A stretch of DNA of 64,000 bases from a virus (taxonomy: Duplodnaviria; Caudoviricetes): positions 1,322 to 65,321 of IMG/VR virus record IMGVR_UViG_3300006033_000027. The stretch is one strand, 5' to 3'. Below the pieces are notes generated by a model. That model was not told where the DNA came from and made no database searches. It saw nothing but the letters and a program-made list of their open reading frames with translations. Shown here piece after piece: positions 1 through 8,750 of the stretch. The position numbers and the translations under genes were made by a program. Position 1 is the stretch's first letter; every line of letters begins with the position of its first letter.

Positions 1-843
1 GTCGAACGCCCATTGGCCGAGTACACGGGCGATGAACCGCGGGTCCTCTTCCCCGTACTCTTCGATCTTGCCTTCGATGTACTCCATGTCCACCAGGCCC
101 GGCACGAGATCCACGGGGAAGTCCGGGTCGATGTCGGGATTCACCTTCGGGCTGTCGTAGCACGAGATGTGCATGAAGTTCCAGGTGGCAGGATTCTTCT
201 TGAAGAGCTTCCCGAGGTGGCTGGAGGGGTCCGTGGGGTTGCAGATCAGCAATCGGCGGTTGAACTGGGATGAGGTGATGTTTCCCAGACCGTCGATGAA
301 GGCTTCAGTCAGCCCCGTAGCCTCATCACCGATGGCAAGCATGTAATCGGCGTGGAAACCCTGAATCGCATCGTCACCCTTGGCGTCCGGGGGCTTACGC
401 CCCTGTCCGATCAGTGTGCCGTCGTCCAGCTTCCACTTGTCGTCACCCAGGATCTTGCCCGGGAGCGGGTGGTCGATCAGACCCTTATCGTACCGCTGCT
501 GAGAGACAGTGTGCCACCGCTTGATTTCACGCCAGATAACACCGGAGACCTGATCCTTGGTCGGCGCCGTGGTGAAGACGAACACGCGATCCAGGGGGTG
601 CGTATCGACCCACCACAGGGTCGCAATGGCCGTTACGAAGGACTTTCCGACACCGTGCCCGGCTGCCACGGCGGTGTTGCGGTTGAAGATCACCGATTCG
701 ATGATTTCGACCTGTCGCTTCCAGAGATTCACCCCGAGCATGTACTGAGCCCAGGCACGGATATCCGTCTTGAAAGCGTCCGCTTGCTCCCGCTGTTCCA
801 GCGTTGTCAGCGCATACGCCGCGATATTCCCGTAGTCAGCCAT
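1..843 (-). CDS. terL: Terminase large subunit (N-terminal ATPase part; runs off window start)
   Basis: Manual translation from ATG 843: MADYGNIAAY...NTAVAAGHGVGKS (Walker A)...FTTAPTKDQV...GFHADYMLAIGDEA (Walker B). Confidence 0.9.
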   Translation of the reverse strand, partial: MADYGNIAAYALTTLEQREQADAFKTDIRAWAQYMLGVNLWKRQVEIIESVIFNRNTAVAAGHGVGKSFVTAIATLWWVDTHPLDRVFVFTTAPTKDQVSGVIWREIKRWHTVSQQRYDKGLIDHPLPGKILGDDKWKLDDGTLIGQGRKPPDAKGDDAIQGFHADYMLAIGDEATGLTEAFIDGLGNITSSQFNRRLLICNPTDPSSHLGKLFKKNPATWNFMHISCYDSPKVNPDIDPDFPVDLVPGLVDMEYIEGKIEEYGEEDPRFIARVLGQWAFD

Positions 844-864
844 TACGGGCCTATTCTATCAAAG

Positions 865-937
865 TGCCCCCGGTAGGGATCGAACCTACGACATTCCGGG
901 TAAGAGCCGGAAGCTCTACCAACTGAGCTACAGAGGC
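865..937 (-). tRNA. tRNA-Lys(CTT)
   Basis: Cloverleaf GCCTCTG TAGCTCAGTTGGTAGAGC..TCCGG CTCTTAC CCGGA..GGTTCGATCC. Confidence 0.93.
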
Positions 938-938
938 T

Positions 939-1017
939 TGGGGTGACCTATGGGGCTCGAACCCATCGCCTCCCGAGTCACAGTCGGGTGTTCTTCCTAC
1001 GATGAACTAAGACCACC
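939..1017 (-). tRNA. tRNA-His(GTG)
   Basis: CCCGA CTGTGAC TCGGG anticodon arm, G-1:C73, T-loop GTTCGAG, encoded CCA. Confidence 0.9.
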
Positions 1018-1035
1018 GTGAACAGCGTAGCATAG

Positions 1036-1107
1036 TGGGGCCGGAAATACTCGAAATCTCATGCAGTCGGTTTACAGCCGAGGCCCCGCAGCCCGCGGAA
1101 CGACCCC
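1036..1107 (-). tRNA. Atypical tRNA-Tyr(GTA)-like gene
   Basis: Acceptor GGGGTCG/CGGCCCC-A, T-arm GAGAT TTCGAGT ATTTC, loop CTGTAAA; 5-nt D-loop, no long variable arm. Confidence 0.65.
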
Positions 1108-1138
1108 AAGTAACCCAGATAAACCACGGCTAGTTGGG

Positions 1139-1699
1139 TTACAGTTTCTCTCCAGCCGCTTCTTCCTGGAGATAAGCATAGAAGGTGGACTTGGCCCAGT
1201 CAACCGGGAATTCGGAATCCGATTCCACCAAGGCTGTCAGGAACCGCAGGAACGTCCGTTCGATGATCTCGACCAGCTTCCGGGCGTACTTCGTCTCGAA
1301 TGCCTGAGCATCCTCCCGGGTGGACTTGGCGAGCTTTTCCTGCATGTCAGCAATGGTCTTCAGGAGTTGCGTCTGGTTGTTGATGAACTGCGCGTGGGGT
1401 CCGGCCTTGCCGTCCTTGTCCACCCAGAACTTCTGCTTCAGAGCTTCCTTGGTCTCCGCGACCAGGACCCACATTTCTTCGACCATCATCTGCTGGCGCT
1501 CGTAGTCGCTCCAGATGTCGTTGCGATTCAGGTACTCCCGGGCGATCATCTCCGCCTGCATGGGGTCGAGGATCTTCAGTTCCTCAGCGACCTCGTTGGG
1601 AGTCTTCTTGGCATGAAAGAGCAGCGCGGCCTTCCGCGCAATGTCGTCATCGAACTTCTCAGCGAAGCGCGTGACAGGGCTCTTCTCTACTGCGCTCAC
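1139..1699 (-). CDS. Helical protein, candidate terminase small subunit
   Basis: 186 aa, HTH-like N-terminus then coiled coil; last CDS before tRNAs and terL (positional call). Confidence 0.5.
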   Translation of the reverse strand: MSAVEKSPVTRFAEKFDDDIARKAALLFHAKKTPNEVAEELKILDPMQAEMIAREYLNRNDIWSDYERQQMMVEEMWVLVAETKEALKQKFWVDKDGKAGPHAQFINNQTQLLKTIADMQEKLAKSTREDAQAFETKYARKLVEIIERTFLRFLTALVESDSEFPVDWAKSTFYAYLQEEAAGEKL

Positions 1700-1965
1700 A
1701 CCTCATCCTTGTCCAGCATCTCAGTCACCTGCTGAATGTTCAGGCGCCGAGCCTGACTCTTGGAGATCACATAGCCGTTGTCGTAGATGCCCAACTGGGT
1801 CTTGGGGTCCCAGTCGCTCACGTAGCCCCCGGAGGCTGCCTTCGGCTCCGCAAGTATCTTCCTCAGCGGGGGAGTCTGGAGGGCTGTGATCCTATCGAGA
1901 AGTTCCTTGCTCTCCGGGTCCAGTTCGATATGGACCGTGACATGCAGATCTTCAGTCTTCGCCAT
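1696..1965 (-). CDS. Hypothetical protein (MAKTEDLH...)
   Basis: ATG at 1965 after GGAAGGAA SD; overlaps next gene by 4 nt. Confidence 0.7.
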   Translation of the reverse strand: MAKTEDLHVTVHIELDPESKELLDRITALQTPPLRKILAEPKAASGGYVSDWDPKTQLGIYDNGYVISKSQARRLNIQQVTEMLDKDEV

Positions 1966-2248
1966 TGTAGAGCGTTCCTTCCGTGGCTGCGGCGGTGTTG
2001 GCCTGGGTTCCCGTTCCACACCAGACCTGGGGAAGCGGGCTGTACGGCGGGTAGTAGGGGGTCCAGGGCACCGGAGGTGTTCCGGGGACATCGACGGGGA
2101 TATAGGGGTCTGCTGCGGGCTTTTGCCAGGCGATAGCTCCGCACTGCGTACAGAACACCACATCATCCCGGTGGATGAACTCGTGCCTGTAGCCCGTGCT
2201 TCCGCTGCCGCTTCGGTTACAGTTCCAGCCGGGTGTGAAGTCAACCAC
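1952..2248 (-). CDS. Hypothetical Pro-rich protein with CxxC
   Basis: ORF coupled to both neighbours; FCTQCG motif. Confidence 0.6.
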   Translation of the reverse strand: MVDFTPGWNCNRSGSGSTGYRHEFIHRDDVVFCTQCGAIAWQKPAADPYIPVDVPGTPPVPWTPYYPPYSPLPQVWCGTGTQANTAAATEGTLYNGED

Positions 2249-2414
2249 GTCCCACCTCGTTCATTCGTGCGTACACCCCAGCCAGAAGCATGTTCTGGTG
2301 GGCGTAGAACTCGGCAGTAGTGGGCCAACCGCTCGTGGACGGCCTCGAATCGAGCAGCGCCGTCGCTGTGTCCCTCAAATCGTCAAAAGTAACTTCGGTT
2401 GTTACGTCCGGCAT
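2241..2414 (-). CDS. Hypothetical protein
   Basis: AGAAGGA SD before ATG 2414. Confidence 0.6.
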   Translation of the reverse strand: MPDVTTEVTFDDLRDTATALLDSRPSTSGWPTTAEFYAHQNMLLAGVYARMNEVGRG

Positions 2415-2416
2415 GG

Positions 2417-2782
2417 TCAATCCTTCTGGGTAGCCAGCCACAGGTCGGCAACCAGCGTGGAAGTGTCCGAGTATTCCTCCGATTCGAAGAGTTCTCGGAA
2501 ACCATTCCCGTCAGTGGCCTCATAGACCACCAGGCCATCTGAGAGCGTATAAATGGGCGAAATTCGGATATATCGCTCGTTTCCGGCGATTGTGGAGGCC
2601 GCAGCGTTCAGGGCCTCATAGACCGGGGCATCGGCGGGAGATCCCGAGATGAAGCCCTCCTGGGTCGCCCGGATGGGTCCCACGGCCACCGAAACACGGT
2701 AGAAGTCGGGTTCCAACTCGGGCCGATACGTCTCATCAATTAGGGGCAACTGACCCTCATTTGCAGTAGTCCTACCTCGCAT
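2417..2782 (-). CDS. Hypothetical protein
   Basis: 121-aa ORF with TGTTAGGCT extended -10 just upstream. Confidence 0.65.
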   Translation of the reverse strand: MRGRTTANEGQLPLIDETYRPELEPDFYRVSVAVGPIRATQEGFISGSPADAPVYEALNAAASTIAGNERYIRISPIYTLSDGLVVYEATDGNGFRELFESEEYSDTSTLVADLWLATQKD

Positions 2783-2881
2783 AATGACCTCAGCCTAACA
2801 CATTACGGCCCCAATACCGCATTTTCGGGCTCTAGAGGGCCTGTTTTCGGCTAGTTTCCGCGGAAAACGCCCATTTTGGGC

Positions 2882-2961
2882 AAAAGAAGTCCCCCGGGAG
2901 GCCAAGAAAGGAGAAAAGAAGCCGAGCCCGGGGGACAATTCACAACAGAAAGGAGATAATC
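2882..2961 (-). ncRNA. Putative small RNA with two anti-SD motifs (UCUCCUUUCU)
   Basis: Extended -10 TGCTAGACT at 2968-2976; terminator GTCCCCCGGG/CCCGGGGGAC followed by TTCTTTT; no ORF. Confidence 0.55.
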
Positions 2962-2980
2962 GCTAGTAGTCTAGCACATC

Positions 2981-2998
2981 TGAGCCGTATACGGGACT
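2981..2998 (-). pseudogene. tRNA 3' remnant (half T-arm plus acceptor strand)
   Basis: AGT CCCGT ATACGGC T CA starting at the HNH stop codon. Confidence 0.4.
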
Positions 2999-3431
2999 AC
3001 CACGACGCTCTAAAGTGTCCGCCGCGGGTCTGGGTGATAATTGCGTGGCAATTCCGACACCGGACATCACATTTAGCTACTTCCGCCAGAACCGAGTCCC
3101 ATTTCCAGGCAGAGATCGCCCGAGAGATGTCTATAACCTTGATCTCGTCGGGTCTGTGGTCAAATTCCAACACTCGGATGTCTGTGGTCCCACAGTCCAC
3201 ACAAGGATGCTCCGCCAGATAGTCCCGAAGGGCTTCAATGTTTCGAGTCTTCTCGTCTCGGCTCCGAGAGGTATTTTCCGCGATCAGGCGATCACGATTT
3301 TGCAGATAGTGTTCTCTCCGGTAAACCTTCATACAAGACCGACATTTACTTCCCACTCCGTCAGGCTTGTCCCTATTCTTGTTGAAATCTGAAAGGGGTT
3401 TAGTCTCTCCGCAAGTAGTACAAAGCTTCAT
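2997..3431 (-). CDS. HNH endonuclease (tRNA-cluster associated)
   Basis: CxxC zinc motifs; CVDCG..VLEFDH..KCDVRCRNCH; leaderless ATG 7 nt after TGCTAATGT. Confidence 0.88.
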   Translation of the reverse strand: MKLCTTCGETKPLSDFNKNRDKPDGVGSKCRSCMKVYRREHYLQNRDRLIAENTSRSRDEKTRNIEALRDYLAEHPCVDCGTTDIRVLEFDHRPDEIKVIDISRAISAWKWDSVLAEVAKCDVRCRNCHAIITQTRGGHFRASW

Positions 3432-3471
3432 GTCTTCCACATTAGCACAGATTTTAGAAGACTAGAGTAAG

Positions 3472-3543
3472 AGCACCTGGGGGGAGTTGAACCCCCGTGA
3501 CGGCGTTGGAAGCGCCGCATCATAGCCACTAGATCACAAGTGC
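3472..3543 (-). tRNA. tRNA-Gly(TCC)
   Basis: CGGCG CTTCCAA CGCCG; GGGGG TTCAACT CCCCC; acceptor GCACTTG/CAGGTGC. Confidence 0.9.
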
Positions 3544-3545
3544 GG

Positions 3546-3619
3546 GGGCGGAGACGGGATTTGAACCCGCGACCTACAGCTTATGAGGCTGGCGAGCTAC
3601 CAAACTGCTCTACTCCGCT
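3546..3619 (-). tRNA. tRNA-Met(CAT), initiator-like
   Basis: AGCGGAGTAGAGCAGTTTGGTAGCTCG; loop CTCATAA; A1xC72 mismatch. Confidence 0.85.
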
Positions 3620-3787
3620 GAAAACAGTCTATCAGAGAAGAAACCCGGTCGCAACCACGCTGTTGCTCCGGAAAAAGTGCCTCGACCGGGCTGGTAGGCC
3701 CCGCGAGGACTTTAGGCATCAAGCGCCTGGGTCCAGACCACTCGATCTCTCCCCGCCGCTACCACGCACGAGGATTTGCCATGCCCA

Positions 3788-4603
3788 TCAGTCTACCAGA
3801 AAGGACGAGCCCACCAGCCGCGGGTACCGACCGAGACAATCCATAAAGTCCATCCCGCCCGTGTGAACGTTCAGCACCGCCACTGATGTGCCGGAGGTAA
3901 TATCGCGGTCCAGGATTACGTTGCGGTAGTCAGGTCCCAGCCAGTCGTAGAAGGCGTGGTGATGTCCCCCGACGATCAACTCCGGCTGCACGTTCTCTAC
4001 CCCGCGCCAGAACATCTGCCGCACCGAATGGGTGTACTCCAGCGCCTCCGGGCTCCACAGGTGCGCCGTCTGAAGCAGCCGCACGTCCAGTTTCGGGTTC
4101 GGCGGCGCCTCGTGCCCGAATAGGATGTCCACGGGGTCTTCTCCGAGCGCCTGCAAGTCGTCCTCAGTAATCGCTTCTTCGATCCACCACGATTTGCCCA
4201 CCTCTCGCAGCGGGTAGTCCACCGACCCGGCGCCGCCCAGCACCCCGAGCACCTTTCCACTCGCCAGCGTGGTCCGCCAACCCCGCGGCATGTGCATGAT
4301 CGCCCCGCCGCCCGTCAGGTACCGAAGGCCATCCAGTTGCAGGGGCCAGTCGTACAGCCTGTCGAACCACTCGTGGTTGCCGTCCAAGAAGTAGAGATAC
4401 TGGTTGTTATGGGCCAGACGCTTCTCGATCTTCCGCAGCGCGTTCGCCCAGTTGCCCCCGGGCCACAGGAACCCGAAGTCCCCCAACTGCACCACGGTTC
4501 GCACGCCCCGCTGATGCAGCGTGTCCAGGCACGCTATCAAGAACCCCATGTTGCCGTGGGTGTCCCCTATCAAGCCGATCCTGTCGGCGTTCTCAATCCT
4601 CAC
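3788..4603 (-). CDS. Calcineurin-like metallophosphoesterase
   Basis: GDTHG, LGDFG, DGNHE, HEAP and GHHH motifs. Confidence 0.9.
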   Translation of the reverse strand: MRIENADRIGLIGDTHGNMGFLIACLDTLHQRGVRTVVQLGDFGFLWPGGNWANALRKIEKRLAHNNQYLYFLDGNHEWFDRLYDWPLQLDGLRYLTGGGAIMHMPRGWRTTLASGKVLGVLGGAGSVDYPLREVGKSWWIEEAITEDDLQALGEDPVDILFGHEAPPNPKLDVRLLQTAHLWSPEALEYTHSVRQMFWRGVENVQPELIVGGHHHAFYDWLGPDYRNVILDRDITSGTSVAVLNVHTGGMDFMDCLGRYPRLVGSSFLVD

Positions 4604-4803
4604 GGCGTCTCGTCCGCCAGGGGCTTGTCGATCTCAGCCTCGATCTCGGAAGCCATAGCCCGGATCTGCGGATCGTGCGCGTTCAGCGTTCCCCACGCCC
4701 GGGCAAGGTAGCGAACGGACTCCAGGCGCTCTCGAAGCGCCGCGATGTGCTTCAGGGCGCCGTTTACCGCGGTCTCGTACTGGGTTTGGTGATGAATGCT
4801 CAT
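4600..4803 (-). CDS. Hypothetical protein
   Basis: TAGGAT -10 about 6 nt before ATG; coupled to next gene. Confidence 0.65.
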   Translation of the reverse strand: MSIHHQTQYETAVNGALKHIAALRERLESVRYLARAWGTLNAHDPQIRAMASEIEAEIDKPLADETP

Positions 4804-5154
4804 GCCCGCATCCTACCTCATGTTGTCACGCGCCTCAATAGCGAGTTTTGTAACAGAAAAAAATTATTTCGTGTGCGCGAGGGCAGCACGTCGATGCGTG
4901 CGCAAGGGTCCCCACCCCCCATACCTCGCCTTTCCGCGCCGAAAATCCGGGCGGTTTGATAACGGTTATCAATATCAATCGCGCGGTATTGACTTTTCGC
5001 CCGCGGTATGCTAGGGGCGGCGTGACCCGCGGGCATTCGCTCTATGTAACGATTGTGTAACGGTACTTGACATGTTCGATAATCGTGCTCTATTCGCGCT
5101 AGGCTCTAGTTATTGCAAGACACAAGGGCTTGCACTAATGGAGGGAAAACCAAA

Positions 5155-5691
5155 ATGGCCGGACATGAACACGTTTCATTCTACGTAGGCACGGGCCGGG
5201 AGAATCGCCCGGAATGGTTCGACCGTGAGGCCGGGCTAGTGGGCTGGAGTGTGTACGCCCCTATGCCCGATGACCGGGCGCTGTCTGTCGCTATCCGTGA
5301 GGCCGTGGGCGGAGAGTATGCGGGCGAGATCGCTACGGGTACGGGCTACTGGGAGGGGGAGATAGAGCGTATGGTGCGCGTCGATCTCTACTTGCCCGGC
5401 GTGACCCGCGAACAAATCGAGATTACCGCGGGGCGACTGGCACGCTTCACCGGGAACCGGGCCGTGCTATGGGTACGGGAGATCAAACCCGGTAACACGG
5501 GCGCCACTACCTACCGCATTCGGCAGGGCGTCGGCACGCGCCACGATATCGCCGGGCTGGAGGGCTGGACACTCTACGATGACGGGACGCTGGAGATCGT
5601 CGGGGATGCATTCGTCGGAGACGGCACCGAATCCGTTACCTACGTAGAGTCTGCCGAGACACCCGCCGCATTCGCCCCGCGTACCGCGTAG
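5155..5691 (+). CDS. Hypothetical early protein
   Basis: GGAGGG SD before ATG 5155; first rightward gene. Confidence 0.75.
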   Translation: MAGHEHVSFYVGTGRENRPEWFDREAGLVGWSVYAPMPDDRALSVAIREAVGGEYAGEIATGTGYWEGEIERMVRVDLYLPGVTREQIEITAGRLARFTGNRAVLWVREIKPGNTGATTYRIRQGVGTRHDIAGLEGWTLYDDGTLEIVGDAFVGDGTESVTYVESAETPAAFAPRTA

Positions 5692-5772
5692 GCCGCTGGA
5701 GGGGGGCGTCTCTACCCGTAGGGGCGTCTCACCCTAGTTACCTACTAGGACACAACGAAAGGAATAACAATC

Positions 5773-5943
5773 ATGGGTAAGTCACCTACCGCTAAGGCAA
5801 TCGCCCGGGAGCGCCGTGAGGCCGAACGGGAGCGCACTACCGCCCGCAAGCGAGGCCGCGCCGATAAGCGGGCCGAATCTTCCGCGTTCGGCGGCGGCGA
5901 CCGCTGGCACGGTTCGGAGATCCGCACCGGGGGCGCACGATGA
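5773..5943 (+). CDS. Small basic hypothetical protein (MGKSPTAK...)
   Basis: GAAAGGA SD; ATGA overlap with next gene; absent from ORF track. Confidence 0.65.
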   Translation: MGKSPTAKAIARERREAERERTTARKRGRADKRAESSAFGGGDRWHGSEIRTGGAR

Positions 5944-6191
5944 CCGGATACGAAGACGTAGTGGGGAACGTCCATAGCGACGATTACGACGCGCCGCGCA
6001 TTCCGGATCCGTCCTACCCGCAAGCCGTGTATGTCGTACCCGCCGCACCTATCCCCGCGGCCCGCGCTATCGGTTTCGGAGAGACGGGTCTCACCTATGG
6101 AGGGCGCTGGCCCGGCTCAGTGAGTACCGGCGCACTCGCTCAGGGTTGCACGCCTACGACAGAGAACTACCGTAGGGGGCGGAATGCTTGA
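5940..6191 (+). CDS. Hypothetical protein
   Basis: Translationally coupled ORF. Confidence 0.55.
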   Translation: MTGYEDVVGNVHSDDYDAPRIPDPSYPQAVYVVPAAPIPAARAIGFGETGLTYGGRWPGSVSTGALAQGCTPTTENYRRGRNA

Positions 6192-6399
6192 CCGTATCGG
6201 TATCCATACGCCCGCGGATCTCGGCGCGTTCATTGACCATACGTGTAACGATGACACGGGAATGCACGCGGATCTCTACCGCTCTACGGATGATTGGGAT
6301 GAACGGCCTATCGTCGCCGCGTACCATGACGCCGTAGGACTTGTGACCTATTATCGCGCGGATACGCTGGAAACGGCCTACTCTGCCATATTCGACTAG
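6184..6399 (+). CDS. Hypothetical protein
   Basis: Coupled ORF. Confidence 0.6.
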   Translation: MLDRIGIHTPADLGAFIDHTCNDDTGMHADLYRSTDDWDERPIVAAYHDAVGLVTYYRADTLETAYSAIFD

Positions 6400-6483
6400 G
6401 GCTAGAGCGTTTCGCCGGGGGCGAGATCTCCCGGCGTTTCGCCCTAACACTAGTTAGGACCAATCTCACAGAATGGAGACACA

Positions 6484-7221
6484 ATGACTCTCAGAGTCAC
6501 CGCGCGCACGCTGAGCGCCGAAAAGCACGGATACGACTTGCCCACGGAAGAAACTCTGTTGAGCATGGCGCATGATGCTCTAGAACGACCTAGTGATTCC
6601 GGCTGGCACGATTCCGAATTGTGGGAAACTCATACTCTCATGTTCAGCACGCCCGATTGGAGTCTCACGGATGATTACCCAATCGACCAAGCCAACTACC
6701 GCGACGCGCTGGAGATCCTTAGCACGGCATACCCACGTTCGGCAGAGTCGGCAACATTCGGCCACTGGACTTACTCACGTTTCGAGTGTGTCAGGGTGCG
6801 AGTCTGCTACACGTCGGGAGAGATCACCCCGGCGTTCGCTCTCGCATGCGCGCTTATCGAATCCATGCGAGACTACCCGCTACTCTCCGACGAAACTCAT
6901 TCCGAATTGTTGCGAGAGATCTCGGATAGCAATTTCGAATGGTCATGGAATGAAGCCGTAAACGATCCGGCCTATTACCGCAAGGATCTCTCAGAGATCG
7001 AACTAGAGCGTATCGCGGATCTCTCCGACGAAGACACGGCACGCGCTCAATCCGAATTCTGGGAACGGGTCTCCAGCGGCACCATAGAGCCCGGCTACGG
7101 AGACAACGGCGCCGAAACATTCGACCCTGCCGAGATCATCCCAATCATTCTTCTAGTCTCCGACCCGGAACGCCCATACTACACGCGCCGGGAACTGGAG
7201 GACACGCCCCATATCTTCTAG
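6484..7221 (+). CDS. Acidic hypothetical early protein
   Basis: 245-aa ORF with GGAG SD. Confidence 0.75.
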   Translation: MTLRVTARTLSAEKHGYDLPTEETLLSMAHDALERPSDSGWHDSELWETHTLMFSTPDWSLTDDYPIDQANYRDALEILSTAYPRSAESATFGHWTYSRFECVRVRVCYTSGEITPAFALACALIESMRDYPLLSDETHSELLREISDSNFEWSWNEAVNDPAYYRKDLSEIELERIADLSDEDTARAQSEFWERVSSGTIEPGYGDNGAETFDPAEIIPIILLVSDPERPYYTRRELEDTPHIF

Positions 7222-7327
7222 CCCTGCCCGATCTCGCCCCGCTATGCGCCCCGTAGCGGGGCGTTTCGGCGTGCGCCGGTACCCAAGTACCCACGCGGGA
7301 CAAAAACCCCTCAGAACGGCACCTAGC

Positions 7328-7888
7328 CTATTCTCTCGGCGCGTGAGTCTGACAGTATCCCAAATACTCTGTCGGGCTACTCCAGTACGTCACCGGGCTA
7401 TCGCCGCACTCCATACACGCCGCGTTTCGTTTCAGCCACTCCAGCACCAGCGCCCGATGTTCCCGTGTCAGATAGTCCACGGCCCGCTCATAACTCCGAA
7501 ACGATATCGCCGTCTCAGATTGGCGGCGCTTGCGGGGGAGCACGAGATCCGCCCACCTACCGTCATATCGGAATTCGTCATAGTGCGGCCTACAGAGCCC
7601 ACGGACCAAATTTATATCGACCGGGCACCAGGGCACCCGACATTCCGGCTTGCCATCCTCAGAGACCGCGTTATCCCAAACGGCCTTTTGAGATCTCTCG
7701 ACTATCGAATCCAGTTTCGAGTAATCCGTTTCACTCACTCGCCCATTCCGCCGTCTAACCTTACTCGGCCAAATGATGTTTCGATACTCGCCCGTTCTCC
7801 GATTCCGCTGGAAGTGTGTTCCGCAGAGCCCACGGGAATGTTGCTCATTCCGACACTCAGGCACGATGCACTTAGCTATCTCACTCAT
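7328..7888 (-). CDS. Protein with repeated CxxxxC..RGLC..H zinc-finger motifs
   Basis: CIVPEC..RGLCGTH and CRVPWC..RGLCRPH; leaderless TGCTAGACT promoter upstream. Confidence 0.7.
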   Translation of the reverse strand: MSEIAKCIVPECRNEQHSRGLCGTHFQRNRRTGEYRNIIWPSKVRRRNGRVSETDYSKLDSIVERSQKAVWDNAVSEDGKPECRVPWCPVDINLVRGLCRPHYDEFRYDGRWADLVLPRKRRQSETAISFRSYERAVDYLTREHRALVLEWLKRNAACMECGDSPVTYWSSPTEYLGYCQTHAPRE

Positions 7889-8300
7889 GCCCGGCAGTCT
7901 AGCACGCTAAACGGAATCCAAACGGATTCCAACAACTTTTTTACATTCTGGACGGCCCGAATCTGTCACAACTGGATGGTTTATACCGTAAGTGGGAGAA
8001 ACGAACGGGGGGGTCTCCCCCTGTCTCTCAGAAGCCCAAATTATGGGTTTGTACCAGTATTCTCTAGGGAAACAAGGATACTACAACAATTATACATACA
8101 CACTAATTATATAGACCTATAAAGAGACCCCCCTCTAAATTCCTCCCAAACCCCGGTATAATCCCCCGCTCGGACACGTTTTCGCAAAGTAATTCTGAGA
8201 ATTCCCTGAATTTAGTAAGGGCACCCTAAGAAATCCCACCTCCCAAAATCCATGCGTTCGTCACGACTTCCGGGAGTGACAACCACGGAAATCTCTCTCC

Positions 8301-8351
8301 GAAATTCTTTTGCAAAATCGCTTGACATGATCGCAACAGTGTGTGTAATGT
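8301..8351 (+). promoter_or_regulatory. Strong SigA-type early promoter with AT-rich UP element
   Basis: TTGACA (8322) -18 nt- TAATGT; upstream AAATTCTTTTGCAAAATCG resembles that of the promoter at 19033. Confidence 0.75.
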
Positions 8352-8429
8352 AGTAATCACAAGCAAGACCACCTAGCGAAATCCCCCGCTGGGAACCGTG
8401 ACTGAAAAGTCTGACGGAAGGAGAAATCC

Positions 8430-8750
8430 GTGAGTGTGAGATCCGAGGCTGAAATCGTATTCGAAGACCACTTCTCTGCCATCCTGGACGAAGACGGAAA
8501 CGTCATCCCCGGCCACGAGGACATCCCGCAATACTGGCAGGACGACCTTCACGAACTGGCCGATTCTCTCGTGCCGGTCTACACGAGCGATCTCCTGGAC
8601 GAGTGGGCCGCGGAAGGCTACCCCGAACTGGAAGACGAAGGGCTGATCGAAGGCACCAAAGACGTGGTGCGGATCGTCATGGTGGTCATGTACGAACAGT
8701 ACACGAACGCTCTGTACGAAATCGCCCGGGAGCGTGGTCTGGATGACTAG
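8430..8750 (+). CDS. ocr: Ocr-like (T7 gp0.3) antirestriction DNA mimic
   Basis: H..AD..VP.Y..D....A.EG..E.ED.GL...TKDV.RI.....YEQ.T..L.E pattern matches T7 Ocr as recalled; very acidic. Confidence 0.85.
   Translation: MSVRSEAEIVFEDHFSAILDEDGNVIPGHEDIPQYWQDDLHELADSLVPVYTSDLLDEWAAEGYPELEDEGLIEGTKDVVRIVMVVMYEQYTNALYEIARERGLDD

Noticed and set aside
6400-6450. Hammerhead ribozyme (GCGAAAC twice on minus strand)
   Set aside because: No CUGANGA core is present
7244-8122. 292-aa plus-strand ORF
   Set aside because: It overlaps the zinc-finger gene on the opposite strand and the AT-rich non-coding region; no SD and atypical composition
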